Source: Styela clava
Taxonomy: Eukaryota
DNA length: 64,000 nucleotides
Assembly (NCBI RefSeq): GCF_964204865.1
Contig: NC_135259.1
Location: 9,734,001 to 9,798,000 of the forward strand
Direction of reading: 5' to 3'
Numbering within the stretch: the stretch's first letter is position 1; the number at the start of each line of letters is the position of its first letter. The position numbers were made by a program, and so were the translations under genes. The notes beneath the pieces are model-generated. The model saw only the letters and a list, made by a program, of their open reading frames with translations, searched no databases and was not told the DNA's origin. This document shows positions 25,685 to 39,600 of the stretch, in pieces.

Positions 25685-28135
25685 CACTCTAAGAAATATT
25701 TACCGCCAATCGCCTGGCATTACATATTTCTGGAATGTAGTTGTGAAATTTTGATGCGATTTTAAGGTAAATATCACAAGAATTTTCGGTAAAATCGCTG
25801 TTGATCACCTGTGAATTTTTTAATTCTTACAATTTCATTACGGTAATTTTCACCGGCAATGCGTAGTAATATTTACCGACGCTAGCCTGTGAATTTACAT
25901 TACAAATTCGGTGAATTTACATTCAGAACCCGGTAAAAATTACCGTAAATATCCTGGCATTACATTTTACAGGATATTATTAGTAAAAATCACAGACTAT
26001 CGTATGAAACAAGGTTTATTCAAAAAATAAAAGTGAACGTGAAATGAATGATAAAACTTAGAAAAATGAGAAATTGTATAGTGAAAAGTTAGAAATGCGA
26101 GGTAGACAGAAACTTCTCTATGAAGAAATTTATGCTCGCAGGGTATCCGTTCACATAGTCACTTTAAACAACTTTCTATAGACAGCCCTTGTGAGAGAAT
26201 AGTCTATGGCAGAGGGGGAGTCTTTCCGGGTTAGTGTTGCCCATGCTGATTGTATTGCATTATCCATCTGCTTTTACGAACTCTTGGTATTTTCTTCTCC
26301 ATAACTCCAAGTTATCTGAAATGGAATGTACAAAGAGTTTTACCCAAACAACTCCAAACTTTAAAAATAGTACCTAATTTTCGAATAAGATTTAACATTT
26401 TGTAGTATTCAATCAATCAATCTAATTCTTTGCAAGTTGGAAATATCTGAAATTATTTAATTGCAAGTACTAGCATTCATTACAATATTCAACCTTCCTA
26501 TAAACTTTCATATATTCTTTTCCTCTTGGAGTTCAAGGACAAAAATTCTGTGGGCAATCAATCAATACAGACTTTTCCATTATTACCAAACTTTATAGAT
26601 CAGATGGAAGAGGTACCTAAAATAGTATTTAAATGGAATAAAATATTTAAAAGTCCTTAAATAATAAAAATTACACTCCTAATACTTTATTGTCAGAGCA
26701 GATGACAATGTTTCTCTTTTAACAATTTGAAATTACCATTATAACAAACCTCAAATACTTCCCCCTTGAAAAAACATGTTAGTAAGAATCTCAAATATTA
26801 TGAAGCCTTAGACATTGAATTTTTCACAGTTTAGAGTTGGGGCAGACAATTTGTTCATGCCTGCATAATCAGATACTTTAGTTTCTAAAGAGAAAACACT
26901 GTTAAAAAAGAATGTATTCATTCCCCAAACTTTATTATATGTAATAGACTATGTTTAAATTTGGTCTTATTCAAAAGAGAAATTCAACCAAATTTACAGA
27001 ATTGGTTTTGGTAAATATGCAGAATAAGATAGATAAATATTGTTTTGATAAATTTTCTATTTATAGTCTCATAAGTTAAAAGGAAATCTAGTGTTTTTAT
27101 GACATTTAAATGTGAATTGCCTAAAATTGCTCTTTTTCAAATGAAACTGTTCTGAATTAGTCCTAGAATCAATAATTTAAAATATCATAATCAAATACAA
27201 ATCTGTCTGTCCGTAGATGATTTTCAATCACTGAATCAGTATATAATTATATGAGTATATAATCAATTGATACCTGTTTATTTTAATGCCATATTCTTCA
27301 AGCCACGGTTTCTGGGTGTAGAGCAACGTCACCTCTTCCCATATCTGCCTGTTCATGTGTTTCCTGTAGTTGATGATTTGACGGTTTATCTTGATTCAGT
27401 AATTAGATGCTAACATTTCAAAGTCTAGAGCTGTAAAGAGGGCATATTCAGATATTGTATTGCCATTCTAACATTCGCCAGTCTACTGACAAAAAAAAAA
27501 CTCAGATTCGGAAATACGAATCAAGCACTGGCTGTGTTAAGTAACATGGATCTGCGGATGTACTGATGTAAGCTGCTAGTCCAATCAACCTTATACCAGT
27601 ACCGTATACTGCTGTACTGTTATAGCAAGTATGTATTCATATATATATATATATATTAATTCAGTCTTACCCTACTTCCCGACTGCCCTATACTGCCATA
27701 ATCACACTGAACAATACATTGATAACCAGCATTAAACAACACGACACCTACACTGACATTATTGAATCCAAGATGCATTGCCTTACAGAAATACTGCCAA
27801 CGCAGTACTGCAGTAATAACAAAAGCGACCAAGATATAACTGTTGGCCGACCAAATATCGAAGTACAAAAGTCTGGAATTCGTCAAATGTCAAATCAAAC
27901 GGACAAATTAAGGAGTAAAGCAACAAAAAACGCGCGTGATTAATTACGCGTTTGAAATATAGCAATATAGCGTCTGATTGGCTGCTCTCCTTAACCAGTG
28001 TGCGCGCGCAACATTGATTAACGTCACGCCTCCAATGTCGGTGATTATTACCGACATCTGTCGGTGAATCAGTCTACCGAACTAATTTTTTACCCCCAAA
28101 ATGACGGTAATATTTACCGAACATTTCTTAGAGTG
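25685..28135. mobile_element. Non-autonomous DNA transposon with CAC...GTG termini (CMC/CACTA- or Transib-like)
   Basis: TIR cactctaagaaat...atttcttagagtg; many tttaccg/cggtaa subterminal motifs at both ends. No clean TSD and no transposase ORF. Confidence 0.72.
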
Positions 28136-30660
28136 ATATGATTGTACACAAGTTCCAATAATCTAGGAAGTTTTTCTCAATATATGTTCCAGATGAGCTT
28201 CTTGGCGTTTGAGACTTTCAACCGTTGCAAAAATATGTTTCTTAGTTTTTTGCTGAAGCTTATTTTCCGCTGTCACCACATGCTATTAGCAAAAATAATG
28301 TTCACTGAAACATTGCACCTCCAACGAAAGACTTACAGTACTCACACTCAGTAAAGTGCGCGGCATGCAAACATTGCATAATCGAACCATATTGGTCTGA
28401 AGACAAAAAATGAAAAGAGCTTAAACAGAATGTTGTGGTGCTAAGGAAGTTCTGGTCATCACTTGAGCAATAAAGAAGAGGGATTGATCGAGGTGACTAG
28501 TAGTCCAGTTGTAGCGAATACACATCAAATCACACTCTCGACTGGTTAGGAAAGGCTAACCAGTAGTGACGACGAGTGGGCATCTCATTCAGATCAATCC
28601 TCATACAAATGATGAACTGGTGAACTAAAACCTGCAACTGCAGCAAGAATCAGAAAATCGGCATGGATGAGTGCGTGCGAGTGATCAATAATATTACGCA
28701 GCGGATGCAGGACTGTTTCCAACACCGAGGAGGTCATTGGTAACGTAGTCTAGAGAAAACGGTTGTCGCCTTTTAAGCAAAACGATTTCCAGATTCCTGA
28801 AACATTTGGCTATAATCATACACAAACAGAAATTCAAGTGTAAAAAAATGAATTAATCATCGATTTGAAAATAGAATAAGTACTCACCTGTATACAACCA
28901 ATCATCAACGATAGATAAATGTTTAAACTAAAACTGGGATAAGAAATTGATTTTATAGATGCTTAATTTTCATGTTTGACACCTGATAGACATGGAGCCA
29001 TGTAGTCAAATCTAATTTGTCCTGTTCACTCTCTACGTCAATGAAAATTTTGCTAAGGACGTCCCATACACCAATTCCATCGATAGAATTTCCAATGACT
29101 TTAATTAAGCAATTATTCTAAAGTAATCTAGAAGGGTTCCTCTCAGTATCGGGCTATCTTATTTCAATTGACTAGATCGATACAAGCTTTGTTTATATCA
29201 CTCTATTCCTAGTTTACACATCGATTCTCTTCATTGTTTTAAAAACATTTACTTATAAGTATTGGATTACTACTAAGTATTACCTTCTTTTTTTTTTATC
29301 TTTGAGTCAAGTTTTAATTGCCCCACGATTTTGTGTTTGATAAACAATCGATCCATTCTTTTTTTAATTCGAATTTGCCTATACCTATCAATCTTCCCGC
29401 TTACCCTGCAACTTATCTCATTAGTATTTCATTGTATAGGACTTTCAATTTGTTTAACTTATTCCAGGCCGTATTCATCTAATGCAAAACTTATCATTTT
29501 TTTGTATTTGTATATTGGTTTTTAGCCCTTTACATGTTGCATTGGAATCTCTGTCTTACTATCAAAAATCTTTCAATCATAAAATGGCATTTATCATTTT
29601 TGATGATTACTGAACGTAGCTGACGATGAGGATAGTGCGTGACTCATTTATTGAACAGTTTAAACCTCATGTTAAACTTAAGTCATAAAAAGTCATGTTA
29701 CAAAAATATTGTATTGTACGTCATATTTTTTATTTAAATACACAAATATATTTAGCTCTCGATGTCTTCCAATACCACATATCCAAAGTAAATGAAAGAG
29801 TATTCTTTGTTGTTTGTATGTTGGTTCACAGCAATCTATCCTGTCTTAGGCCAGAACATGTCACTGAATCCTGCATTGTCGTCGCGATCCACACCTATCT
29901 TGATTTATAAAGAATTTGATATTCGTCTAAATTAATCTTATATCATGGATTATTATAGGTGGAACTGGTGAGATGGCATATCAGAGCAGCACAATTTTTT
30001 TTCATTAAAAATATTATATTTTGTTGCGAATGTAAATTATCATGTTATTAAATTTTTGATAGCTTCAACTTTGAGATATCATTTTTTTAAGCACTGCAAA
30101 AAACCAATGCTCAAATATATGAACACTAAAACCAAAACTAAGTAGTAGGCCCACTCTCCATATTAGCAAAAGGCTAGCAAAATCTTATTGCAAACTATTC
30201 GATGTCATAAAAAACCTGCTTACAGTAAAAAAATATCTTAATTGACTATCAGACATTTGACATTGTGCCATTATGTCACCGTCGAAATAAACAGAAGTCA
30301 TAGCTTTCTAGCGACAACACGCGTTTATAGCGCATTTTTTACTATAATTTTTTCGTGAATTTTTTGAAACGGGATCTAGTTAAATAAATAATCATACAAA
30401 CTTTAAACTACTTTTCACTCATATAATTAAAGTTGCAAATTTTATCTATAGCAGAATTCTCTAAAAATAAAACGGATTAGGATTGAAACAAAATATGGAA
30501 AGCATAAAATTTTACTTTACAAAATTATGAAACGGAAACAAAAAATGACAACGTCTAAAACCTTCTTATAACTTTATAATTCCACCAAAAATTTTACCAA
30601 TTCATTTTTATTTCAAATAGATTTTCTTTATTCAAGCAACTAATGAAATTTAGCATCGAT

Positions 30661-33600
30661 TTATTTTCTAACGTAGAATCCCGGAGTTTCAACATCCGCT
30701 GCTTCTTCGATTGACGATTCCAAAGAACAGTTATCATAATCTAGACTTATGCAACCAGAACTTGACGACGTTTTTCGTTTTTGATGAGAACACAAATTTG
30801 AACCGGCATTTTTAATTTTTGCGTCGGAGATTGTTAGAAACGAACTCTTTTTCATATAGTCGCCACTCATTGTGTAATTTTCCACTTCGGGCAATGCGTA
30901 ATTAATTATATCACATCCAATCTCGTTTTTTGCAGTAAGAAAACTTATATCAATTTCGTCATTTGCAGAGCAGCTTGATCTAGTTAGTGATACTATTTCA
31001 CTATTAGCTGAACTTCTTTTGCTGGATTCCGAAAAACCAGAATCATTGTTTCTATTATTTTCTAATACTTCAGGATGTTTTTCGAAGCTGATGCAATGCG
31101 TATCTGGTATACCAGTTTCGAAACCAGGATCTTGTTGATCCCATGTTACGTCGTCAGACTCGAGTTGCACAGAAATAACACTATATTTTGTTTCATCGTG
31201 TAATTTGTTAACTTCAACTGTTGTTTTGTTATGCTTTGAAATAAGTTCGACTTTTTCTTCAAGTGTCCCTATGATCCGGCCACGCGTAAGCACGGAAATA
31301 TATCGATCCGAATCGTTGTTTTCATTTTCATAAAAGCCTGAAATGATTATGATTAAAAATATACATCATTAATATAGACGATGAAATAAAAAACGGGTTG
31401 AAAAAAGTGACGTCTGAAGATGCTGATGACCGAAAAACACAATTTTAAAAACGACCTTGATAGAGTTTTAGTTATTGTACATTAGTAGTACCAGTAGTAT
31501 TATTAAAGTTTAGTGAACTTGGGAAAGAAAGAGGAAACAGATGAATTGCGTATTTGGGACTCAAGTTAAATGGTTTATCACTGTGAAAACAGATTTCCTG
31601 TTTTACTATGATCTTCTGTATATTTTTCTCGATATAATAAAATAATCACTCGTTGATTTTAGTTTCTCAGGTATTTCTTTCACACAATCCCGATGAATAG
31701 CGTCAAAAGTAACATCTGCGACAAAGACAAAATCGTCCTTATTTTGAGCAACAAAGGAATCCTGTAAAACAAGCAAACCCAAAACTCAAATATTTCAGAT
31801 ATGGACTTAGATAACTTCGATTCAACAGAATTTACTGTCGAGGGATTATATTCGTTGCATAAATTTTTTTTTTTCAAATATAACAATATTTCACAGTGAG
31901 TTGGATTGCCCAATTTTGGTAACCCACAAAGTCGACAATAAGAACCTCTAAAGTGGTTTTTTCGTTATACAAATTGATTTATAGAATATTATATAAACAA
32001 CAATTTATTTGTATTTGACTGAAACGTGAAGTGATCACAAATTGGCGATTTATTATGCCCGGGAGGGTATAAACCTTTACTACCATGTTGCTTACATAAT
32101 ATTGCCACCAGGTATATACTTCTTGGAAATACAACAAACGCGTCGTTATTTAGAATTTTTATATAGAACGATGTGTTTTTTTGTATAGAAAATCGAAACG
32201 TTCGCGAAGTATATTGTTTTGCTATCGCCGTTTGTCTTCTATATAATTTGCCAAGCTATCAGGTTAATTTTTGAGAACGTAATTATTCGTATTCGGAAAT
32301 CTCATAATGATTTTTTTTTTCATAGAAAAAAAATTTTGTAACTTAAATTCAACTTTTTAGAAATCTTTATTATCAGCTGTTCCCTGTCTAATTTTTTTTA
32401 TTCAATTGCATTTTGTGAAAATGCTGCACTATGAAATTATCTCTTTAAACCCACATGGCATTGAAATATTATTTACCGGCAACTCTTTTATTGAATCTTC
32501 CAACGATGGTCTGCATGTAGCTACAGATTTTTTATATTTCCACGTAAAAAACACAATTATGAGAAGTACGGTTGATATTGATAATGTTACAATTGTTTTC
32601 CACATGACATTGTGATTGTGTTGATCCAAGAAAAAATATTTCTCTGAATGATTCAACATTTTATCTTTAACAGTTAATTAGGTGAAGAACTGGGAATAAA
32701 ATAAAGATGTATATATCAACAATATCGGCCATTTTTCCATATCGGTATAGGCAAATATAGACCAATAATTTCAATATTAATTTCTTTGTTCTGATCTAGA
32801 ATGTTTCGTAAGTGGTATGAATATGATCATAACTGATCAAATCATTAGTATATACGTTGACGATAATTACATATTACACAACGGTATCCGTGATATCGGC
32901 ATTCTGAAATATCGGTGTACAGGTATCGGCGTTTTTCCATGGTGTCGATGAAAAAAGTGATATCTGTACAGCTCTATAGTTTGAATATTTGTGTGGCTTT
33001 ACTCCACATATCATCGCACACAAATTTTCACCGCACACAAATTTTTCAAATTGAAGCTTTCAACCAATTTATGGCCATGCAAATACCATCCGTGATCGTA
33101 AGTGTGGGCTATATACGCAAAATTTGAGAATAATGGAATTGTATTCATACTCGAAAGTTGAGTGCCAAAAAACAAATAAAAATTCTCAAATAAATAATTA
33201 ATTCATATGCTAGTGTGTGTTATATATAGTGTGTTATATATATATATTATTTTAAAATTTTCTTATGGGAGGTTATATAGTATACAGTAGTGGAGAATCT
33301 TATAAGCAGACGTGGTTATAATTTGTTTTACATTACAGCGTTTACAAATCAAATATATTGTACATCTTCACTAGTGGAAGTAGTCTACTGACAAACGAAT
33401 TGTAGTCTGACAAAAAACAATGAACGAAAGATTTTAATATATTTTCCATGAAGATATATTCTCAAATCGCAACTTACCATTGTTGCAGGGTATTTGACAT
33501 ATTGGATTTGAGCTCCATTTGTTATCATATCCTTTTAGCCGTGTGAAGAAACAAACAGTCTCTTCAGCATTTCGTTTATACCTTGATGAAATATGCTCGG

Positions 33601-36600
33601 TAATGTTTTTTGCTATAATATTTTCTAATAGATCACATCTCCTCAATGTTTTCCCAACAAGAACGCTGTTTTGATTTTCATCATGTTTCATCCCCTTCAC
33701 GTCTCGAGAAAATTCACTGTGTGATCCATTTCCAATTTGTACGAAGTCAGCAGGGGCGCGGAAAAAGCAAAAATCGACGCTGTAAAATAAGACAAAATTA
33801 ATATAAATCTTTTTTGTTATTTATTCACTCGGTTCGACCCTAAGTAAAGGCGCCAACAATCAAATGCATGATTAAAAATTGGAATATATATATAACTACC
33901 GCAGCTTGAAATTTTGTATTCACAACTTATGGATGCAATTAGGCTTGCACGTAATTGACAAAAATCAATTCCGTAATTACGGCAAAATCAATTACGTAAT
34001 GACCCCGTAATTGCGATATTTTTCCACGCATTTAAACCTATCATAACAACCAATTGAATCCACTTCTTTTCCGAATGGGCCATTGAAGTTGGGTTTTCAT
34101 ATTCTTGGCAGTACTACACGCCGGCGGCAGATGTTAACGACAAATATCAAGGAGTGAATTCAAACTAATTTTATTCTGATTTTTATCTTTTGTGTTAGCT
34201 TTGGTTTTCCTTCATCACCTTCGCAAATTAACTGTCCCATTTTTATGCGATCATCTTTATCATTACCGACACTGGTATACGGATATTTATGGAAACGATA
34301 GTTTTTTAAAATCGACTTTCGTACTAGATAAAAATGACGGGTTTCTAATTTATTAACCACCGACGAGCTTATTCTCTCGTTTGATTAACCTTGCGATTTC
34401 CTCGCGACGAAGACTTGTTTTTGCAGCGTTTTAGGCATTATCCGACATTACTGCCTTGTTAGCATTTTATAATAATAATTATTGATGTCGACTTATTGAC
34501 GATATTCCGATTACCATGCTTCATTTTACATTTAATCATTTCGCGGACTGAATGTTTATAACATTATTTACGATAAATTTAAATCAAATATTATTTATTT
34601 GCGTATAATTTAAATACCGAACTTATACAAAGTTATATCGCAAAACAATGCATTTTGTGACATTTATTTTACACTCACGACATTTATTTGCTAACTCAAG
34701 TCGGCGATCCTATCGGCCAAGATTGACACAAGTTTGGTCGAGTGTCGGTGGTATTCAAGTCGACGATAAATCAAAATAAGTTGCCGCATTTGGTAAGACA
34801 GTTAATCATATATGGCCGAAATATTGCGAGGAATTGTGAAAAACATCATGAGCAAGGCCAAGTCCGGACTGATATATAACGATAAAACCGTTAACAGAAC
34901 ATCAAGATTTTGTAATAGAAAATGGATCTCGCACAGAATATACACACTGGCTCATATTTGATTATATATGATAGCAGTTAAATTTTTAGCGATCCGCGAG
35001 GAATCCGTCGTTTTGCTGTTTCTCTGCCGTCTCAATCGCTTTACCGATGCCGAGAAGACGAAGTTGCGCTGGTTCATTGCGCAATCTCTCTTTTGTCGTC
35101 ATATTTCTATTTGATAAACGCGACATTAATTATCACGGCGAGGTATTGGCGCGAGTGATCAATCGCTCTTTTCGCTTATTTGGTTCCAATTCGTCGCGAA
35201 AGCTCTTCGTTAAATTTCACAAGATCGTCGTGTTGAAAGGTTATGGATATTTTCCTGTTATTCCCCAAGTCTGAAATAAAACAGCCAAAAGCAGTATGAT
35301 ATTCCATGTTCATATATCAAGTGTTGATATTAACAATAAAGAATGGTTAAGCATTGCTAATCCACACTTGGCGGGGAATTCCCACTATTTAAACGCGTGA
35401 CTATAAATTAGAATAAAATAGAAACGGAACATATATACCATAAGTAACGGAAAACTGGAACAAGTAAATAATAAATAAAAGTAAAATGGATACAAATGTT
35501 TGATAGACCATGTTTGATAGATTCATCTCCTGCGTTCATTAGTCATTTCACCCGAAGAAGTTGAAACCGGGCTGTTAGCGTCCATCGGTCTTAACACAAT
35601 TCTTCCCCCTATCTACGGTTATTAGGTACATTGGCCATGGCCATGCTAGATAAGATGCGAGAGAAGTTGAAACCAGGTGTGTTGGCGTCAATCGGCCTCA
35701 ACGCAATGCTATCCCTTATCTACGGTTAAGTTGCGGGAGAAGTTGAAACCAGGTGTGTTGGCGTCAAACGGCCCTACTCAGTTCTTCCCCCTTAACTACG
35801 TTAATAATAAACATTGGCAATGCCAGATAAGTTGATAATAGGTTAGTAAATGGCAACGCGTCATGCCTTCCTTCACCTACATAACAAGAGAGAGAAAAGA
35901 GAGAAAAACGGCTGCGAATACCGAAACTCTAACTTCTTCTACTTGTTGAGCTTTCATTTTTCGCAATCGACGAAATTGACTGCTTTGAAGAAAGCTCGTT
36001 TTAATGCAATTATTACGACTTTACGTAATTCGTAACTTCCCTTCCGTAACTCCAAATAATTACGTAATTCCGTAAATCCGTAAATTACGTGCAAGCCTAG
36101 ATGCAATATTTCATGATAATTTGAATCAAGAAAATACAGAACAATTTCACGATCTCCTGAAATATTTAGTGCTAGTCCAAACGGGTCACGGTTACAATTC
36201 TATTTGAGTAGTGCAAACTTTATTATATATATAGCCACGTTATTAATTAATCTTGGATATTTTAAATCAAATATTTACTTTTCACTATTTTTAAACTGAT
36301 ACTACTTCAGTTGTCTATATATTTTTTCAAATCGTCAACTATTTTACCTCCAAGTACTAGCAATTTGATAATGCATGTAATAAAATGTACTCTGTTATGG
36401 TAGATATAGAGCAATTTAGACTTTACACTTTAATGTAGCGTTGTAAATAGAATTACACCACTTTTATCAAATCCGAAAAGCTAATGGCAATGACGTAAAA
36501 AAATATTAATACTTCCAACATGTGTTGGGCATGAACGCGAACACTTTTTTATGCGACTGTAACCGCATATATATGTCACACTATGGATATGACTCTGTGG

Positions 36601-39600
36601 AATATAAAAAAAAATTCACTGCATATTATCGCATACTTCATGCCCTAAATGTATTTCTGTGTGATTTCACTCAAAAAATCGATGTAAGAGCGAGTCGTCT
36701 ATAACGTAAAGCGATGAGTCAAGAAAAAAAGCCGACGAAAATATTGACCTCATTGGCAACGGCGGGTAAATATTAAGCAAGTTTACAGTATAACTACCCA
36801 GATTTACTTTATTCGAGACACCTTTTTCTTATGGTTTGATTGAAAAATTCATCTGTGAGAGTTAGTGAAAGAGTTTAATAAAAACCCCGATGAGGAACTT
36901 GGTGCACAATACAATCTGACAAGAAGATATAAAACTTGTGAGCTCTGTGCAGAACTTGAACTTAGCTTGATCACAATTAATCGTCGCATTTCAAATCTAC
37001 GAGTCGAAATTTCCTGAGTTTCAATTTAATATTTGCAGGTTGATCTATATCTTAATTTATGAATAATTTATTTGATGTGAACCGTGTCGCGTAATAGTTT
37101 TCGCACGAAACATGTAATTAGTTCAAAATAGAAATGAACGCTTACTTATATTCGACAAATCATAAATTTATATCCCGCTGTCAACTACAATTTAGCGACA
37201 AAAGTATTCAACAAAACGCCAATATAATTTGCCATATGTGCGACGAAAAGTATTATCGATTTGCATTATACTGTTCGAAAAAATGTGGTATTATTGTCTC
37301 GCCACTACCTGTCCATAATATTTTCAGTAATTTTATTGAAATTTTACATTAAAATGATGTTTACAATGTAAGGCGTCGATGGAATAAGGATTTCCGTGAC
37401 GGGACTCGACTAACAACATGTTGACATTACATAAAGTCATTGTTGTAACCAGATCCTAGCTTAATCCTATCTTATGTTGGTGTTTAATAATTCTCAACAA
37501 CACAAGTGGAAATCTTCATATATAAGCTTTCGTATATATATATACAAAAGCACCACCTTCTTTGTGCTTCCATGAGCCATTTGCGCAGAGCATTATTTAA
37601 GAGAAAGATGCAAATTAGCAACCTCAAAAAGACCACAAATATTACGAAAATAATGAGAGAGCATCACTTACGAAGGATGAAAATTGTCGGTCGAGAGGGG
37701 ATGGTAAATTCCTTTAATCGATATAATACCACGAACCAGTTCTTTGCATGGAGTTCTATCCGTTTCACTGCACCATTTCAATTCTTTTTGATATTCTTAA
37801 ACAAAGACATGATTAGTTGTTTAGGTTAACATGCATAAAAAGAGCATAATGAGTTTTTATGTATTGGTAATATAAACTTGACGTATACCAGGATAGTTCG
37901 ATAGTTCAAAGCAAGATCTTAACTCCTGATTAAAAACTCAAAGATTTACTCAGAATTGTATTTGCATATTAGTGGCTTAGTGCAATGTGGTGTCATGTGT
38001 GGCAAACAAATATATTTTGCCGCCGTAAGCCTAATGATATCAGAATTTTTATGCATAACCAATTTGCCAATACTTCTTATACTTGAATGCAACAAAACAA
38101 GTAATCTCACGACTAGTCGTATCTTATGCATTTGGTATTGGTAATAGACCTTGGTTATTCAAAACCCACCCTACGCGCAAAAAATAAAAGCGACGTAAAC
38201 AAAACGATTTTAACATTAGCTCTTATGGGGAATGTGATCACCAGAGAAGAAATTTGCATTCTTGTAATTTTCTAGTTATCTTTTGTTGTAGACGTGTGCA
38301 GTTTTGTGAATAGAATACTTTTTATATACTTTTTGATATTTTTATCATGATAAACATGGCCAAGATTTTTGATAATCGTTCATTGAAATAATAATGGCCG
38401 TGGTGTTCCCGCTGGCGTGACATTCTGCCAACGCGCTGTGATCTGTGAAATGTGCGCTCCAACTGCTTCTTATTGTGTGATAACAGAATACCGGGACCAC
38501 AACATACCGTGTTTGACGTTTAAAGAAAGACCTATTTTAGATAGTAAAGTTTGGCCGGAATGGCAGTCTGTTCACATATTCAGTCAGATTCACTTTTCAA
38601 GGTTACTGGCTTTGCGCATATTCTGTCGGTACAGCGAGCGACTTTTCTCTGAAGGCATGCTGACATGTTTTTAACCTAGTTAGGATACCGGTACTGTACC
38701 GTTATTGAATTTAATGTAATGGGTTGGTGATTTTTATCTTTGTTTTTGTATATAACTTATCCGACCGGGACCTATTTGCTAACATTTCAGTTCTGATTTA
38801 GTTTTCACCCCCTTCTGCCCTGGTACGGTACTGGTAGTTTAAAATAAATAACACGTCAGCATGCCTTCAATAGATGGGTGCTAACTGTACAGGTATAAAT
38901 GCGTAAAACCAGTAAACAAACGCGATTGAAATGATATAGATAAAAGACTGTCGATTCCAAACGCTTCCAGTACCGGTACCGTACTCAAAGCGACATTAGC
39001 GCTGCAGTTCGTATTTCACAGGTTGGCAGAATGTCACGGTCTAGGACTAGGGGGAGTGACGTCAGCGGCAACGTCACGCTCATTAAAATTATAATGTACG
39101 ATTATCAAAAAACTTGACCATGTTTATCGTCATAAAAATATGGAAGAATATCTAAAAACCACTCTATATTTAAAACTGCCCAGGTTTACAACGAAAAATC
39201 ACAAAAAATGCAAATTTTCGCCCTGGTGATCACATTCCCCATAATAGCCAATGTTAAAACAGTTTTGTTTACGGCACTTTTATTTTTGCGCGTAGGATGG
39301 GTTTTAAATGACTAAACTAAGGTCTATTGATGGATAGCGCGTATAAAATTTAATTCCACTATTACCAAGAACGCTAAACAAAATATTAATCGTTAGTTGC
39401 TGTGATTTTTATAGTACATACCGAATAACTGTAGTTCACAGTACTGTCCAGCTCGTTTCATTGGCAGGTAAATAAAAAATACTTCGCTCTTTTTCCCCTT
39501 CGGCAATATACAAGTGCTAGTTGGAGTCATTTGGCAGCAATCTTTAACACTTTGCCAGCTTTCTCCGATTTCTCTACACATGTAATTGATGAAAAATGCA

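Noticed and set aside
35555-35830. Repeat-spacer pattern resembling a CRISPR array
   Set aside because: The whole units are homologous rather than unique spacers, there are only three, they lie inside a hAT element in eukaryotic DNA, and no cas genes are present.
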